A stretch of 64,000 bases of DNA from Deltaproteobacteria bacterium (GCA_038150265.1 JAYOTF010000001.1:3071-67070); one strand, 5' to 3'. Counted from the stretch's first letter, positions 41,203 to 51,054 are shown. Made by a program: numbers and translations. Notes: generated from the sequence alone by a model not told the origin.

Positions 41203-41281
41203 ACCCGTTCAACGGAGCTTGCAGGTTTGCCTCGACTCCCGGAGAATCGGTGCACCTGATTCCCGTCCCTGTAGAGAACTG

Positions 41282-41767
41282 ATGCGAGACCTGACGTTAC
41301 GCGAACAGATTTTGATTGCCATTATGCTGGCCCTGATGGTGGGGCTGGTCGGGACCTGGCTGAACCAGCAGGTGCTGCAGGAGCAGACCCGGCTGGAGGA
41401 ACAGCTCGCGTCTCGCAAGCAGCAGCTGAATGAAATTCGGCGGCTCAGCGACGAATGGCAGGGGCTCCAGCAAGAACCCACAGCTCCCCTGATGAAGCAG
41501 CCCCTCAGCTCGTTTGTCGAGGGCATTGCGCGAGACATTCGGGTTCAGGACCACCTGCAGATCAATGCCCTCAGCAACCCTCCGGAGGGCACCGAAGGCG
41601 TGCAGGTGCTGCTGGACCAGCTGCAGCTGGATGACCTGATGGCGGTCCTCTACCGGCTGGAGAACAACCGTCCGGTGCTGCGTCTCTCTCAGCTGGACCT
41701 CAGTGTTGCCCCCGGAAGTCGCCTGGTTCGGGCTTCGTTTCAGGTCCACAAGCCCTCTGGAAGCTGA
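41282..41767 (+). CDS. type II secretion GspM-like protein
   Basis: LTLREQ + single TM + coiled coil + ferredoxin-like C-terminus (L..VLYRLE); start set at ATG 41282. Confidence 0.65.
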   Translation: MRDLTLREQILIAIMLALMVGLVGTWLNQQVLQEQTRLEEQLASRKQQLNEIRRLSDEWQGLQQEPTAPLMKQPLSSFVEGIARDIRVQDHLQINALSNPPEGTEGVQVLLDQLQLDDLMAVLYRLENNRPVLRLSQLDLSVAPGSRLVRASFQVHKPSGS

Positions 41768-41794
41768 CGTGGCTTCTCTTCCTGCAAGGTCCTC

Positions 41795-42694
41795 ATGCGC
41801 TGGCTGAAACGTCTCCTCATCACCCTCCTGATCCTCATCCTGCTTCCTGCAGCGGCGTTTTGGGGGCTCAAGCAAAACTTTCCCGGAGACAACGTGGCGC
41901 AGGTGCTCGAAGCCCAGGCGCTGAGCCAGGCGGGCCTGCCCCTCAAGGTGGCTCCCCTGCAGCTCGGGTGGACGCAGCTGGAGCTTCCGGAGGTGGCCCT
42001 GCTGCCACCGGCTACGTGGCGTCAGGCCCCGCAGGTGAAGCTGGTGGTGCTGGAGCAGCTGCGGGCGCCCTTCCTTCCGTTGCTTTCTCAGGAGGCTCGT
42101 TTGGAGGGAGAAATGCATGGCGGAGCCTTGAAGCTCACCGCCTCCGGACTGCCTCAGCCGCATCAGGTTCGGGCTCAGCTGGAGGGCCTGCAGCTCAACC
42201 GGATGCCGCTGGTGGCGCTCTTTCCGTATGGGACCCTTTCCGGAACCGTCTCCACCGAGGTTGAGGTCCGGAACGTCACCCCACTGCTCCGCCGGCAGAC
42301 CTCGCTTCCGGAAGGGGACTTGAAAGGGAATATCACCAATCTCCGGGTCCGGCTTTCCGGGCTGGACCTGATCCTTCCCGGCATGGTGGTTCCGGACCTC
42401 GTCTGGCCGCTCATTCGCTACGACGTCACCCTCGGCGAGCAGTGGGTGTTGAACGAGTTGACGCTGCAGGGAAGCGTCAACGGTACAGTGACGGGCACAA
42501 TCCGTCCGAATGTCCAAAAACCGGCAGACTCGCAGCTGGACCTCCGGGCCCAGATCACGCTGCCGGCAGAGATTCTGCAAACTTTGGGACCGCTGGCGCT
42601 CATGCTGCGGCCCTATCAGTGTGGTGTGGAACTTCGGGTTCGCCTGCAAGGCACCCCGGCCCGGCCCATCACCCGACCTGGAGCTTGCTCATGA
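41795..42694 (+). CDS. type II secretion GspN-like protein
   Basis: N-terminal TM then FP, beta-rich body, C-terminal L.GT.ARP; follows the gspM-like gene. Confidence 0.6.
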   Translation: MRWLKRLLITLLILILLPAAAFWGLKQNFPGDNVAQVLEAQALSQAGLPLKVAPLQLGWTQLELPEVALLPPATWRQAPQVKLVVLEQLRAPFLPLLSQEARLEGEMHGGALKLTASGLPQPHQVRAQLEGLQLNRMPLVALFPYGTLSGTVSTEVEVRNVTPLLRRQTSLPEGDLKGNITNLRVRLSGLDLILPGMVVPDLVWPLIRYDVTLGEQWVLNELTLQGSVNGTVTGTIRPNVQKPADSQLDLRAQITLPAEILQTLGPLALMLRPYQCGVELRVRLQGTPARPITRPGACS

Positions 42695-43755
42695 ACTGGA
42701 AAAAATGGATCCTTACCGGCCTCGCAGTAGTTCTTGCTGGAGCCGGACTCACAGGTGGCTACGCCTGGCACCTCTACCACAGCCCGGCCAGCACCGTCTT
42801 TTCAGAAGAACCCGCCCGCATTCTGGTCCCACGCGGGACCGTCTTTTCGGAAGTCACCGACCAGCTCCGGGAGCAGCAGATGCTGGCCCACCCGCAGCTT
42901 TACAGCTTCCTTGCCAACTGGATGAAGGCTCCGGTCCGCCTCCAGATCGGAGAGTTTGAGCTCTCCCGGAACATGACCACCGCTCAGGTTCTGGAACACC
43001 TCATCACCGGACGGGGCATCCTGAGACGCGTCACCATTCCAGAGGGAAAGACCTTCCGGGAAATTGCCCAGCGCCTGGGCTCGGCAGGCCTGGGTGACCA
43101 TGACCAGTTCCTCGCCCTCAACAGCGATCCGGACCTGCTCGACAAGACCGGCGTCCCTGAGGTGACCTCGCTGGAAGGCTTCCTCTTCCCCGAGACCTAC
43201 TTCTTCTCCCGGGCTCAAAGTCCACGGGAGATCCTCGGGGTGATGATCGATCACTACCGGAACGTGGTCACCGATTCGATGCGGGAACGGGCGCAGGAGC
43301 TTGGACTGAACGAGTACCAGCTGCTCACCCTGGCCTCCATTGTGGAGAAGGAAACCGCCAATCCGCGGGACCGCGACAAGATTTCCGCCGTCTTTCACAA
43401 TCGCCTCCGCAAGCGCATGCGCCTCGACAGCGACCCCACCGTGATTTACGGCATCCCGGACTTCAACGGCAACCTCACCCGCAAGGACCTGCGGCAGGAT
43501 CATCCGCACAACACCTACACCAATTACGGGCTGCCCCTCACGCCCATCAGCAATCCGGGCCTGGATGCCATCATGGCCACCCTCTACCCGGCGAAGGTGG
43601 ACTACCTGTACTTTGTCGCCCGTGGAGATGGAACCAGCCACTTCTCGAAAACCCTCCGGGAGCACAACCGAGCGGTCTCGTACTACCAAAAGAACCGACG
43701 CAACCGGCAGCTGATGCGCGACAACAAACTCAAGCTGCTGAAACAGGACACCTGA
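42691..43755 (+). CDS. mltG: endolytic transglycosylase
   Basis: VTIPEG, LEGFLFPETY, LASIVEKE, SDPTVIY, GLPLTPISNPG, YLYFV. Confidence 0.95.
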   Translation: MNWKKWILTGLAVVLAGAGLTGGYAWHLYHSPASTVFSEEPARILVPRGTVFSEVTDQLREQQMLAHPQLYSFLANWMKAPVRLQIGEFELSRNMTTAQVLEHLITGRGILRRVTIPEGKTFREIAQRLGSAGLGDHDQFLALNSDPDLLDKTGVPEVTSLEGFLFPETYFFSRAQSPREILGVMIDHYRNVVTDSMRERAQELGLNEYQLLTLASIVEKETANPRDRDKISAVFHNRLRKRMRLDSDPTVIYGIPDFNGNLTRKDLRQDHPHNTYTNYGLPLTPISNPGLDAIMATLYPAKVDYLYFVARGDGTSHFSKTLREHNRAVSYYQKNRRNRQLMRDNKLKLLKQDT

Positions 43756-43789
43756 CCTCGGGTTTCCCTCACCTTTTCAAGGAGCCAAC

Positions 43790-44518
43790 ATGAGCCTTCA
43801 GACCCAGACCCTTCCCTACTCAGCCGGATCGGCCTCGATGCACGGCTACCTCGCTCACAGCGACTCGCTTTCCGGACCAGCCCCCGCCGTGCTCGTGTTC
43901 CCCGAGTGGTGGGGCCTGAACGACTACATCCGGTCCCGGACCGAACAGATGGCAGAACTCGGCTACGTGGCCCTGGGGGTGGACATGTATGGAGAAGGCC
44001 AGACCGTGGACCATCCGGAGCAGGCTGCCGCACTCATGAACGGCGTCCTCAATGATCCGGACGCCCTCAAGGAGCGCTTGCAGCAGGCGTACGCCACACT
44101 GGCGAGCCACCCGGCAGTGGATCCGAACCGAATCGGGGCCATCGGCTACTGCTTCGGAGGCGCGCTGGTGCTCAACATGGCTCGCTTCGGCATGCCCCTC
44201 AAAGCGGTCACCAGCTTCCATGGCGCACTGGATTCGGCTCACCGGCCAGCCCCCGGAAGCGTTCAGGCCAAGATTCTCGTTTGCCACGGCGCTGCTGACC
44301 CGTTTGTTGGAGAAGAGTCGGTGGCCGCGTTCAAGGCAGAGATGGAGGAGGCCCAGGCTGATTACGAGTTCATCGCGTATGACAACGTGGTCCATGGCTT
44401 CACGAACCCGGCAGCGACGGAGCGTGGAGAGAAGTTTGGGCTGCCTCTGAAGTATGATGCCGACGCCGACCAGGCCTCGTGGAACTCCATGAAGGCCCAC
44501 TTCACCAAGCACCTGTAG
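43790..44518 (+). CDS. dienelactone hydrolase family protein
   Basis: PEWWGLN, GYCFGG nucleophile elbow, HG..DP, HGFTNP. Confidence 0.92.
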   Translation: MSLQTQTLPYSAGSASMHGYLAHSDSLSGPAPAVLVFPEWWGLNDYIRSRTEQMAELGYVALGVDMYGEGQTVDHPEQAAALMNGVLNDPDALKERLQQAYATLASHPAVDPNRIGAIGYCFGGALVLNMARFGMPLKAVTSFHGALDSAHRPAPGSVQAKILVCHGAADPFVGEESVAAFKAEMEEAQADYEFIAYDNVVHGFTNPAATERGEKFGLPLKYDADADQASWNSMKAHFTKHL

Positions 44519-44521
44519 GCT

Positions 44522-45385
44522 TCAGTCCAGGCGCTCGAAGAGGACGTTCCGGAACTGGATGGTCCACTGGAACACGTTGCTTCCGCAGCTTCCGGGGAAG
44601 GTGGCCATCGACTCGGTGGTAAGCGTCCAGGTCAGGTCACGGCCCCAGTCCGGGTGGGGCAGTTCGAGAAGGGGAATCTCGCTCAGGTCAAAGGTGGTCC
44701 CATCCAGGCTGAGGGAAACGTAACGTCGGGCTTCGAGATCGGCCACCAGCTGCAGCGTGTGCCAGTCCAGATCCGGTGTCAGGTGCGCCTCCGTGCTTTC
44801 CAGTCGCAGGTAGCTGGGGGCTTCGGCACTTGTGTACACCCGGAACCGTCCAAAGTCAGCGGCCCACGGGTTGAGATCCCAATAAATGGCCGCTTCCAAC
44901 GACACCTTTTCGGTGTTGTCCCACACCTCATTTCGCCCATCCCAAAACTGAATCATCTGGTGCATCGCGTCCCCGTTTTGTACCTGACTCACAACCGGAC
45001 GGGGGAGTTCCTTCAAACGGAACTGATACGTGTAGCGGTAGGTCCCCAGCGCAAACGAGGCGTTATCGGAGAAGCGGTCGACAAACTGCTTCCCGCCAAT
45101 GGCGTTGACGTACAGCCCTTCCCCCCGGACGTTGCTGGTCACCTCACCGTAGTCGGCAAAGGATTCAATCGCCACATCCTCTGCCGAGCAGGTGCAGCTC
45201 AGCGTGCCGCCAGGGTTGCACTCGGGAAAGACGGTGTGTCCAGACAGGTTGGACGATTGATAGAGCGGCGTCCAGGAGGATGCAGGGGGGTCTTCAGCAG
45301 GGGGGCTGCAGGCGAGCAGGAAGGCCAGCCCTCCCCCAAGGAGAAAGAGACGGAGCGAAGCATTGAGCTTCTGCCAGTGCAGCAT
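44522..45385 (-). CDS. hypothetical lipoprotein, possibly ConA-like beta-sandwich
   Basis: Lipobox FLLA-C; aromatic/beta-rich; WHTLQLVADL...YVSLSLDG pattern reminiscent of lectin/glucanase folds. Confidence 0.6.
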   Translation of the reverse strand: MLHWQKLNASLRLFLLGGGLAFLLACSPPAEDPPASSWTPLYQSSNLSGHTVFPECNPGGTLSCTCSAEDVAIESFADYGEVTSNVRGEGLYVNAIGGKQFVDRFSDNASFALGTYRYTYQFRLKELPRPVVSQVQNGDAMHQMIQFWDGRNEVWDNTEKVSLEAAIYWDLNPWAADFGRFRVYTSAEAPSYLRLESTEAHLTPDLDWHTLQLVADLEARRYVSLSLDGTTFDLSEIPLLELPHPDWGRDLTWTLTTESMATFPGSCGSNVFQWTIQFRNVLFERLD

Positions 45386-45434
45386 GGGGAAGGAGCGGAA
45401 AAGAGGCGAGGCCCCGGAAGGGGCCAGGGGGGAG

Positions 45435-45719
45435 TCAGGACTTGGGCGTCATCTGCTCAATATTGTGCATCCATTCTTCCGTCATCTTGCGCATCTCGGC
45501 CATCATCTGATGGGTGTTGCGGAACATCTCGTCCACCATGTTGAGGTGAACCTCCTTGATGCCCTTGACCGTTGACCCCATGGGGGTGTGCTCAATGGCC
45601 GAGTAGGCGGACTCCAGGGCCTGACGCTGGAAGGATTCAATCTCCTCCAAATTCTTCTGGTACTGGTCGGCCCAGCTTTGGAAGGACTGCTTCATGGTAT
45701 CCATTGGTTGATTGCTCAT
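45435..45719 (-). CDS. small Met/Gln/Glu-rich helical protein, phasin-like
   Basis: AGAGG RBS before ATG 45719; 94 aa, amphipathic, Cys-free; followed by a GGCCCC-TTCC-GGGGCC hairpin. Confidence 0.65.
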   Translation of the reverse strand: MSNQPMDTMKQSFQSWADQYQKNLEEIESFQRQALESAYSAIEHTPMGSTVKGIKEVHLNMVDEMFRNTHQMMAEMRKMTEEWMHNIEQMTPKS

Positions 45720-45830
45720 TTTACCTCTACGGAAAGTGGACAGGAGCGGGATGGACAACGAACTGGGCACTACAAATATAGGAGCTCCGCACAAAACGCA
45801 AGGGTCGATCCCGCTGGATACCTTAGGGTT

Positions 45831-48131
45831 TCAGTGATTTAGGGCGGCCCAAACGCGCTGTGGGGTCAACGGCATCTCCAGATGCGTCACCCCCTGCTCT
45901 CGCAAGGCGTCCAGCACTGCGTTCACAATGGCCGGAGTCGCCCCCACGGTCCCCAACTCTCCAACGCCCTTGGCGCCCAATGGATTGGTTTCGCACGGCA
46001 CGCCTGGGTGCAGTTCCGTCTGCAGCGAAGGCAGGTCATCTGCACGGGGAAGTGCATAATCCAGAAAGGTGGAGTTGACGAACTGTCCGGATTCGTCATA
46101 CACCGCATCCTCCAGCAAGGCCTGCCCCAGCGCCTGCGCCATGCCACCATGCACCTGCCCGGCAATGATCATCGGGTTGATGGCGTTGCCCACATCGTCA
46201 ACCGCCACAAGGCTCTGCAGCTGGATTTTTCCAGTTTCCGGATCAACCTCGACTTCCGCGACCTGGGCGCCATTGGGCCAGCTTGGCACCGGAATCCTGG
46301 TGCTGGAAGTGGTTGAGATCGTTTGGTCCGGCTGCTGCTCCGCCAGTTCCAGCAGGCCCACGCCAATGTCGGTTCCGGTCACCGTGAAGCGTCCGTCCTG
46401 ATAGATCAGGTCCTCCGGAGCGGCCTCCAGTGCCTCGGCAGCCAGTTTGCGGGCTTCCTCCAGAAACACTTCTGCGCCTTCCTTCACAGCAGAGCCGCCA
46501 ATGTAGAGCGAGCGAGAGGCGTAGCTTCCCATGCCCTGCACCCGATCCGTGTCTCCCTGAAGCACCTGAAGCTGCTCCAGCGGCAGGTCGAGGGATTCGG
46601 AGAGCAGCTGCAGGTACGTGGTGATGATGCCCTGCCCCATGGCCTGGGTTCCCGAGTAGCAGGTCAGGCCCTGAGGCGTGGCTTCCAGGCGGACCTCTTC
46701 TTTCCACTCCGCCCCAGTCCATTCGATGTAGCACGACAGCCCGCGTCCCCGGAGCTTTCCCGTCGCCTGTGACTGGGCCTGCCGCGCGGCAAAGCCGTTC
46801 CAGTCCGAAACCTCAATGCAGCGATCCAGCACCTCGCCAAACTTGCCGCTGTCGTACACCTCCTTCATGGGGGTCGTGTAGGGGAAGGCATCAGCGGCAA
46901 TGAAGTTCCGGTGCCGCATCTCCACGGGGTCGATGCCCATCTCACGAGCCGCCTGGTCCATGAGCCGTTCCATGAGGTAGATCGACTCCGGACGTCCGGC
47001 CCCACGGTAGGCGCCCAGCGGAGCCGTGTTGGAGGCATAGGCGGTGGCCTGCAGGTGAAACGCCGGGACGTGGTACAGCGAGGTTGCCACCTTGGGACCA
47101 ATCATCAGTGGAATCGCCAAACCAGCTCCGGTGGGGTAGGCGCCCACGCTGCCTTGGGTCTCAATCCGGAGGCCCAGCACCCGCCCATCTGCAGCACAGG
47201 CCAGCTCGGCATGGCTGATCTGGTCCCGTCCGTGGACTGTGGCCACAAACTCCTCGCTCCGGGTCCCCCGCCACCGGATCGACCGCTTCAGCTTGGCGGC
47301 GGCATAGGCCACAATGACGTCTTCCGGATAGAGCCCGGACTTGATGCCAAAGGCTCCTCCGACGTCTTCCACAATCACCCGCAACGTCTCCTTGGGCACG
47401 CCCAGCGTCGCGGACAGTCCACCGAGGAGGCCATGAACGTTTTGGCTCCCAAGCCGCAGGGTGCGCCGTCCGGTTTCCGCATCATACTCGCACAGCACCG
47501 TCCGGGGCTCGAGGGCATTGCCCACCAGCCGGTTGTTCCGGAGGTCCAACTTGCTCACATGAGCCGCTTGGGCAAAGGCCTGCGCCACGGCTTCGGCATC
47601 ACCAAATTCCTTGTAGGCCACTGCGTTGCTGGGGCAGCCTTCCCAAATCGCAGGCGTGTTGGCTTCCACCGCCTGTTCCAGTGAACCCGTCACCGGCAGC
47701 TCGTCGTAATCCACCTCGACCAGGCTGGCTCCATCGGCGGCCTGGGCCTGCGTCTCTGCCACCACAGCCGCCACGATTTCACCGACGTGCCGGACGACAT
47801 CCCCAGCGATGGCATGCCGGTCCGGGTGCACCATCGGCTCCCCATCCGGACGCGTGAAGCCCTTCACGGCCGGAAAGGGGTTGACCCCATCGGCGGCCAA
47901 ATCCGCTGCCGTGTACACGGCCACCACGCCGGGACTCTGTCGTGCGGCCTCCAGGTCAAGGGACGCCACACGGGCATGCGCAACGTAGGAGCGCACCAGG
48001 TGCACATGCAGCTCCCCAGCCGATGCGCGATTATCCGTAAATTTGCCTTTTCCCGTAATCAGGCGATCATCTTCAACACGACGGAGGGAATCTCCGGCTC
48101 GCGACTTTCCACGGGTAACGGCTTCAGTCAT
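45831..48131 (-). CDS. xanthine dehydrogenase family molybdopterin-binding subunit (CoxL form II-like)
   Basis: RVEDDRLITGKG, DVGGAFG.K, AYRGAGRPE, GQVHGG..Q, GAKGVGE. Confidence 0.92.
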   Translation of the reverse strand: MTEAVTRGKSRAGDSLRRVEDDRLITGKGKFTDNRASAGELHVHLVRSYVAHARVASLDLEAARQSPGVVAVYTAADLAADGVNPFPAVKGFTRPDGEPMVHPDRHAIAGDVVRHVGEIVAAVVAETQAQAADGASLVEVDYDELPVTGSLEQAVEANTPAIWEGCPSNAVAYKEFGDAEAVAQAFAQAAHVSKLDLRNNRLVGNALEPRTVLCEYDAETGRRTLRLGSQNVHGLLGGLSATLGVPKETLRVIVEDVGGAFGIKSGLYPEDVIVAYAAAKLKRSIRWRGTRSEEFVATVHGRDQISHAELACAADGRVLGLRIETQGSVGAYPTGAGLAIPLMIGPKVATSLYHVPAFHLQATAYASNTAPLGAYRGAGRPESIYLMERLMDQAAREMGIDPVEMRHRNFIAADAFPYTTPMKEVYDSGKFGEVLDRCIEVSDWNGFAARQAQSQATGKLRGRGLSCYIEWTGAEWKEEVRLEATPQGLTCYSGTQAMGQGIITTYLQLLSESLDLPLEQLQVLQGDTDRVQGMGSYASRSLYIGGSAVKEGAEVFLEEARKLAAEALEAAPEDLIYQDGRFTVTGTDIGVGLLELAEQQPDQTISTTSSTRIPVPSWPNGAQVAEVEVDPETGKIQLQSLVAVDDVGNAINPMIIAGQVHGGMAQALGQALLEDAVYDESGQFVNSTFLDYALPRADDLPSLQTELHPGVPCETNPLGAKGVGELGTVGATPAIVNAVLDALREQGVTHLEMPLTPQRVWAALNH

Positions 48132-48442
48132 GAATCTCCATGAGGGTCAAATTGAATCGATAAGCTGATCGAGTGTATCAAAAGGAACTTCAGCACCTTA
48201 GCGACCTGACTCAGTCAAGTCAACACCGCCCTGCGTGTCTCCGGACCCGCTCCCGCTCCTCCTGCTTCCGGGGAATCCGGGCAGCCTGGGTCTGGTGCTG
48301 GCAGTCTGATGAAAAAATACCATTCAATTTGAGTCAGTTACCTGAACCACCGGATTCCGGCATTCTTGCTTTACTTCCCCTCTGGGTCCGGTAAGCTGAC
48401 GGTTCCGCCACCCTGAATTTTCCTGCTCACCGAGGAAACCGG

Positions 48443-49090
48443 ATGAAGGCTCGACTCGCCCTGCTGCTGACTTTTCTTTCCAGTTCCGTTCTGGCCCAGA
48501 CTCCGGAGCTGCTTGGCAACGAATCCATGCATGGGGTCAGCTTCGGACTCGAAGCCCCCGGAATTGCGCTGTCTTACGACCTCACCCTGGGCCCCCCACT
48601 GCAGCTTCACTTCTTTGGCGCCCTCAATACCGACCGCTCCTCCTCGCTCCTGAACGGCACCGACATCCAGACCACCCGGAGCCTGGTTGGCGCCTCCGTC
48701 CGCTTCTTTCCCAGCGACGAGTGGGGGGTGTTCATTGGAGGAGGAGGCGGGAGCTTTTCGGCCAGGCAAACCGTTGATCAGAGCATTACCTGCTTCACCC
48801 TGACCGCGCTGAATCCCAGCATCTGCACCGGGAAGGAAGGCTCCACGCTTGCGCAAACCACCACCTCGGAACTTTCTGGAACGGCCGTCTTCGGAGAGGT
48901 GGGCTGGCAAGGTGGGAACGGGCTTTACTTCACGCTGGGAGCACGAGCAGGAAGCGTCTCCGTCGCTGAAGAAACCGACCGGACGGATGAAGTGCTGGAT
49001 GTTTCGGATGACCGCCAAACCGCCGATGACCAGTGGGCCAACGCCCGAGCCCTCAGCGGGGCTGTGGTGACGATGGGGGTTCACTTTTGA
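48443..49090 (+). CDS. hypothetical outer-membrane beta-barrel protein
   Basis: Signal peptide (SSVLA-Q), alternating beta-strands, C-terminal MGVHF. Confidence 0.7.
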   Translation: MKARLALLLTFLSSSVLAQTPELLGNESMHGVSFGLEAPGIALSYDLTLGPPLQLHFFGALNTDRSSSLLNGTDIQTTRSLVGASVRFFPSDEWGVFIGGGGGSFSARQTVDQSITCFTLTALNPSICTGKEGSTLAQTTTSELSGTAVFGEVGWQGGNGLYFTLGARAGSVSVAEETDRTDEVLDVSDDRQTADDQWANARALSGAVVTMGVHF

Positions 49091-51054
49091 GCAAAAGGCG
49101 CCTGCCGAGGGGAGGACTGAAACGGGGCCAGCAGTTCCGGAATGCGAGCAGCACGGTTGCTGTACACCGCCTCTCGCACCGCGAACGCCAGGGCCTGCAG
49201 CGGTGTGTCGTACCCCTGACAGAGACGCCCCAGCTGCTCCGCAGCGTCCACCAACTCTGCTGATTGATACCGTGGCAACGTTTGCAGCACCTCCAGCAAG
49301 CGCTGGGCTTCCTGCTGCTGCTCCGGAGGCAACGGACCTAAACCTGACTCCCTGCCCGGCAGAAGATCGGCCAGGGTCTGCTCCAATGCTTCGAGTTGCA
49401 GAGGCTTCGGCAAAAACGCATCCGCGCCTGCCCGCTGTGCTCGCAGTTGAGCTTCTGGAAACACGTCGGCACTGCACGCAATGATGGGGGTCGTGTGCCC
49501 GGCGGCACGAATCTGTCGGATGGCTTCCCAGCCATCCAGTTGTGGCAGGTGCAGATCCATCAAAATCAGATCGAACGTACCTTCCCGAGCCCGCTGAACA
49601 CCAGCCCGGCCGTCCTCCGCCAACACCACTTCGTTTCCGGATTCCTCCAAAAATTGCTGCACGAGCACCTGGTTGACCGCGTGGTCCTCCACCACCAGGA
49701 TGCGCACTCCGGACACGCGTCCGCTCAACGGCCTTCCCGGCGCCGGCTGAGGTGCCTGTTCGTTCAGGCAAGGGAGGGTCACCGTGAAGACCGTCCCCGT
49801 CTCGGGGGTGCTGTGCAGGGCCACGTGCCCTTGCAGCAAGAGGCACAGTTCTCTGACAATCGCCAACCCCAGCCCGACGCCTCCATGTTCGCGTCGCACA
49901 GAACCATCCCCCTGCACAAATGGCTGGAAGATCGCCCGCTGCTGAGCTTCTGGAATGCCGGGCCCCTCGTCTCGCACTCGCACCACCAACTGATCCGGTT
50001 GCCATTCGGCTTCCAGCCACACCGGGGTCTGCGGGTGTGTGAACTTGATGGCGTTGCCCAGCAGGTTGGAAAAGATCTGGTGCAGTTTCAGACGGTCGGA
50101 GTACACCACCTCCGGAACCTTCGCACTGAGAGTGTAGTGCAGCTGAACTCCATGCGCTTGGGCCAAATTCTGGTGCGAGTGATAGAGATGCCGCAGGAAG
50201 TCTGCCATCCGGATAGGCTCATGCTGAACCTCCATGCGTCCAGACTCAATGCGCGACAAATCCAAAACGTGGTCGACCAATTCACGCAGGGTGGCACTGC
50301 TGCTGAGGATGTTCTCAAGCGGTGATACCAGCTCAGGATGGTTCCGGATTTCAGGGCGACGCAGGAGCAGCTGGGCAAATCCGGAGATGGCATTGAGCGG
50401 GGTCCGGAACTCGTGACTCATGTTTGCCAGAAAGCGGGTTTTGCTGGCATTCGCCTGCTCGGCCGCCTCCTTTGCCTGGGCCAGGGCCACCTCGGCCCGT
50501 TGCCGCTCTGCCAGTTCCAGCTGAAACTGTTCACGCAGCACTTCAATCTCTTGGGGCTCTGGACTGGAGAAGGCGGGCTCTTCTGGTTTCCCCTGACGCT
50601 CCTGCTCCGCCAGCTTCCGGACGTACGCGACCGCTTGCGCTTCATCCGGATGAAAACTGATGTTCAGGTCGGGAGTGAAGAGGGTGACAAACCGTCCAAG
50701 GCCCCGCCAGACACCAGAGGCTTCAATGAAGGCAATGCCTCCTAGGCGGTCTTGGGTTAACTCCGCTTCCTGCTTCATGCGCTTGCGTGCTCCTGAGGCG
50801 AAGGTAACGCTTCCGGAAACGACCGTGTAGCAGCGGCACGGTGCCTGATGCTCAGCCAAGGCGTCCAGCACGCGATCTCGGATGGCAAACTCGCCTCGGA
50901 GCGCCTCTTCATCGATGTGCCCGGAGATGCGGATGCGAAACAGAGTGCCTTCCAGATGCTCCGTCTCGGTGGTGTAGCTCCCGTTTGAGTGACAATATCT
51001 TAATTCATCAGGCTGGATGCCGAGGCGTTCCAGCGTAATCTCATCCCAGCGCAT
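49081..51054 (-). CDS. soluble hybrid sensor histidine kinase (N-terminal STAS/SpoIIAA-like sensor, HisKA, HATPase, REC)
   Basis: FLANMSHEFRTPLNAI, NLLGNAIKFT, DEGPGI, GGVGLGL; REC ILVVED..LILMDL..KP; no TM segment seen. Confidence 0.9.
   Translation of the reverse strand: MRWDEITLERLGIQPDELRYCHSNGSYTTETEHLEGTLFRIRISGHIDEEALRGEFAIRDRVLDALAEHQAPCRCYTVVSGSVTFASGARKRMKQEAELTQDRLGGIAFIEASGVWRGLGRFVTLFTPDLNISFHPDEAQAVAYVRKLAEQERQGKPEEPAFSSPEPQEIEVLREQFQLELAERQRAEVALAQAKEAAEQANASKTRFLANMSHEFRTPLNAISGFAQLLLRRPEIRNHPELVSPLENILSSSATLRELVDHVLDLSRIESGRMEVQHEPIRMADFLRHLYHSHQNLAQAHGVQLHYTLSAKVPEVVYSDRLKLHQIFSNLLGNAIKFTHPQTPVWLEAEWQPDQLVVRVRDEGPGIPEAQQRAIFQPFVQGDGSVRREHGGVGLGLAIVRELCLLLQGHVALHSTPETGTVFTVTLPCLNEQAPQPAPGRPLSGRVSGVRILVVEDHAVNQVLVQQFLEESGNEVVLAEDGRAGVQRAREGTFDLILMDLHLPQLDGWEAIRQIRAAGHTTPIIACSADVFPEAQLRAQRAGADAFLPKPLQLEALEQTLADLLPGRESGLGPLPPEQQQEAQRLLEVLQTLPRYQSAELVDAAEQLGRLCQGYDTPLQALAFAVREAVYSNRAARIPELLAPFQSSPRQAPFAQK

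Noticed and set aside
45831..48131. Calling this aerobic CO dehydrogenase coxL
   Set aside because: Has AYRGAGR rather than AYxCSFR and lacks neighbouring coxS/coxM.
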